Position numbers and translations under genes: made by a program. From NCBI RefSeq assembly GCF_038025025.1, contig NW_027117339.1, forward strand, positions 124,001 to 188,000: a stretch of 64,000 nucleotides of DNA, in the 5' to 3' direction. Under the pieces are notes generated by a model. The model was not told the origin of the DNA, did not search any database, and worked only from the letters and a program-made list of their open reading frames with translations. This document shows positions 60,801-64,000 of the stretch, one piece after another. Position 1 is the stretch's first letter, and every line of letters begins with the position of its first letter. Source of the DNA: Phyllosticta citribraziliensis (taxonomy: Eukaryota).

Positions 60801-63189
60801 CAATCTTCACGCTTGTGCCTCATGCCGCCAAGCCGGAGCTGTTGAAGAGAACCGTCCGTTACACCGAAAGACAAGGTAGGTATGAGTAGACGCAGGCCAT
60901 AAGACGGTGCACCTCACAGTGGGGTTGGGAAGCGAGGCATCTGGTTTGCACCAGGAACGATGCGAAGCGTTGGCTCTGCACTGAATAGGAAGAGCTTAAG
61001 GAGACTCGAGTTATGTCGAGGCGGTATAATCACGAGATGAGCTCGGTCACAAATTGACCATGTAGGACGGGCACAAGCCCTCTCACGCCTCAACGGCGTG
61101 TGCAGAGATGCAGCCACAGTGAGTTAGTAAGCGACGCCCAAGCAAGTCCAGCCTAATTGAGGTCGGCCTCCAGCACTTGTTGCAATTGTCCGAATTGTGG
61201 CAGCTAGAGCAACTCGATAATCACCTCATAGGGGAATGTTCGGAGAGACAATGGCTCAACTCCGAGGGGACTGTTGGATCACAGTCCATGGGTGCATTCA
61301 ACCAAGATGTACTTCACACTGCATCAGTTCTTGTTATTGTTCATAGTAAACTCGTGCCTGTCGGAGCAATCAATTACTTACACGCACAGTCGCAGCGTGT
61401 ACCTGCGCCGGTAGTCATAGTGACTTTATCGCTTCGAATTTTTGGATAAGTAAACAGCGGAAGTTGCTCAACGTTCCAAGTAATCCACCTCCCGAAAAAT
61501 CAGATTCTGGAGCTGGAAATTCTCCTTGTTCAGCCAATCAAACAGTCTTGCCATTGGTGTATTGCTGCTCCTAAACTATCGAAATTGGTACTTGCCGAAT
61601 TTTAAGCTTAAATGCGAAGCATATGACATGGAAATTGGAGTTGAGACTGAGTGTTCCCGCCCCTCTCCGCATTCCCTTCGCCACACGACAACACTTCAAC
61701 ATTAAATGATTCAGAGCTGGCTGGCATTGGTGAGCGGGCAATCGGTGTTGTTGAGCTTTGCAAAGTGGTAAGTGCAGCGGAGCGTGACAAATAGGCATCT
61801 GGATGAGTGGGCCCGGAGCAAGAGCTGAGGCAGAAGGGGTCGAATCGACGATTCCTCGACGGCGAGCAACAATTGTCTTAAAGGCCCGATGGAGCCCCGT
61901 ACGTTTCTCCGATGTGATGGCAGGCGCAGAGTCATTTGGCCTGCCTCTTCACGGACGGACGTTGAATATGGCATGTTTATTCGTGCTTCTGTTCCTTGTG
62001 CCCTCATGGCTGCATCCTGGTCAAGGGGGTAAACTCTCAGGCTTCGGCTGACGTCGAGTGCTTCTCGTAGTGCGGTCCAGGAGGCATACCACAGCGCCCA
62101 CGCAGGAATCCGAATCCGAGAACGAGAAACGCGATAGGAAGTAGGTGCGTCATCTGTCCAATCCAAGGGTAACTGCGACAGCCATTTGTCGCGGCACTTC
62201 GGAGGTGGATCCTCTCTCCCTCGCTGTGGCAGAGGGGCAGGTGGTTTTCCACCGAGTTGGAAGTACCTAGCAAAGTCCGCGGCCGATCGAGATGTGTCTA
62301 CAGACTAATTGCTGCATGACTCCTCCAGTAGGATCCACGTAGAGATGGCTGCCCCAATTGCATCGTGCGTGGGAAAAGCCCTGGCATGGGTCGTGGAGCG
62401 CAAAACCACACAGCAGGGGCACCCGCATGAGCCCTGGCAACGTTTTGAACTCGGCTAGACTGTCATCCTTTCAGGCGCTGCGCCGTGTGAATGCACCTCG
62501 CAGAAGTTCAAGCGCTCGAGACGAGCGAACCTGGGATGAGAATGATTGGCTGCCACCCGCCGAGCATCAGTGCCAGGCCATCTGAGCTATACAATCTTCT
62601 GCACAGCCCTCGGGCCTCCCAGTGCAACGTCTGTTATGCAGTGGATGCATCCAAGCAGACGGAAATCTCAGAGGCTTTGTTCATCAGGACGGTAGTGGCG
62701 TTTCCTACGGTTTCTCCGGATTGCTCTGGGAACTACTGAAACAATTAGCAAACCACGCCGAATGCTCACGATGAATGGTCAGGAGAGCGGTTACAATCCC
62801 ACAGCTGCCTCTAGAACTGGCTACGCCCAGGGATCTTACTTCTGAACATTCAGTCATGTGACCGGAGCCTCATCCTCCTCCCCGATTCTTGCGTCACGGC
62901 TGCTACATAAAAACCCTTGAGCGGCTAAGCTCGGTCCTGTGCGCATTTGCTGTAAGGCAAAAGTGGCTTCCATTCCCAATCTTGCGTCAGCCGCGCGCCC
63001 ACTGTATCCGTCACGTTGCCCAAGGCCAAGTATTTGACATACCTACGGCCACTGTTCGGGCTACCCATCCCTACTGGTGTAGACTCTTCGACTTTTACCT
63101 CCCTGTGGGCCTTGGCCCAAGTTTAAACCGTTCCCTTGGATGGACACATTACTCTGAGTCAGCCCGCCGTGTTAGATTCTCTCTTGGCC

Positions 63190-64000
63190 ATGAGCGCTTT
63201 CCGTCCCATTCACCCTTCTCCCAACTCCCCGTTGTCGCAGCCTGCCATAGCACACGATTCTTCATACTCAGACCGCAACGCCCAACGAGATGGAAGCACC
63301 GATGAACAAGAGACTGGCAGTGTCCACAGAGCCCGGAAACGCCGCGCTCCAGCTCACGTATCTCGAAATGCGTGCACGAACTGCAAAAGTGCCCGTGCAA
63401 AGGTAGGTTGGCCTGTTGGAAGCACGAGACCCAAGGCATCGCTGACGTTTGGTCCCCTTGACTGCAAACAGTGCGATGGACAGGACCCGGATCCTTGTGG
63501 AAGATGCATAGCTCGTGACATGAAGAACCAGTGTCGTTACGAAATGCATGTCAAGCAGGTCAAGGAGGACATGGTCCGGAAGATCAAGAGTCTGGAGCAG
63601 CAGAACGCCAACCTTCAGGGCTCGATGAACGAGAGGGAGGACCAAATCGAAGCCATATTCGATGCCCTGAAGACCAGCGACCGAGGTCCCGAAGCGTTGA
63701 TCCGACTGCGTGCGGGCCAGTCCTGCGAGGAGATGGCTTCGTGGCTGGGTGCCTGCTCAGTGCGAGACGTTGGAAGAGCGTCCCCCGGCTCAGAGACCAG
63801 AATGTCGGACATTGTCGAGAATTACGAGTCGTCGATGCGGCTCAACTCGCCTTGTCAACCGTCCTACAGCGGGAGTATCTTGCAGTGGACGTCGGTCACT
63901 AGCGATCCCGGACTCCTTCAACACCTCACGTCCCTGTTCTTTTCCTGGGTGCACCCGGTCCACATGCTTTTTGATGAAGAATGCTTTCGAGAAAGCTGCG
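63190..64000 (+). CDS. Zn(II)2Cys6 transcription factor (5' part; runs off the right edge)
   Basis: MSAFRPIH...RKRR..SRNACTNCKSARAK|CDGQDPDPCGRC......QC after intron 63403-63471; coiled coil; WTSVT...HL.SLFFSWVHP middle region. Missed by the supplied ORF track. Confidence 0.88.
   Translation, partial: MSAFRPIHPSPNSPLSQPAIAHDSSYSDRNAQRDGSTDEQETGSVHRARKRRAPAHVSRNACTNCKSARAKVGWPVGSTRPKASLTFGPLDCKQCDGQDPDPCGRCIARDMKNQCRYEMHVKQVKEDMVRKIKSLEQQNANLQGSMNEREDQIEAIFDALKTSDRGPEALIRLRAGQSCEEMASWLGACSVRDVGRASPGSETRMSDIVENYESSMRLNSPCQPSYSGSILQWTSVTSDPGLLQHLTSLFFSWVHPVHMLFDEECFRESC

Overview
GC-rich, intron-containing filamentous ascomycete DNA (Dothideomycete-like by gene style; inference). Most of the window is ordinary housekeeping sequence: OLE1 (cut by the left edge), a UapA/C-type purine permease, Bem1, a SAC3/GANP protein, Vps36, a PcaB-like lyase, mitochondrial Hsp70, a DUF2415/WD40 protein, cystathionine beta-lyase, a Tmt1/Crg1-like methyltransferase, a myosin light chain, a STEEP1-like protein, Hnt2/FHIT, a DHCR24-like oxidoreductase, an RBR ligase, a CFEM protein, an M28 aminopeptidase, an M3 oligopeptidase and a Zn2Cys6 factor (cut by the right edge). 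The exception is a ~10 kb island (~28.1-38.3 kb) with no recognisable housekeeping gene or transposase. It holds two paralogous orphan genes, both broken, one of them by a 17-bp VNTR; a helical ORF ending in palindromic 60-bp repeats; a spliced pseudogene; 2-3 tandem genes with a KilA-N/APSES-like domain plus zinc fingers; two recurrent DNA motifs (GRGAAC and GGAGCRTTC); and a 2x157-bp repeat behind a TATA box whose copies differ in a covarying way that suggests a structured RNA. All family assignments come from motif recognition by eye; no searches were run.
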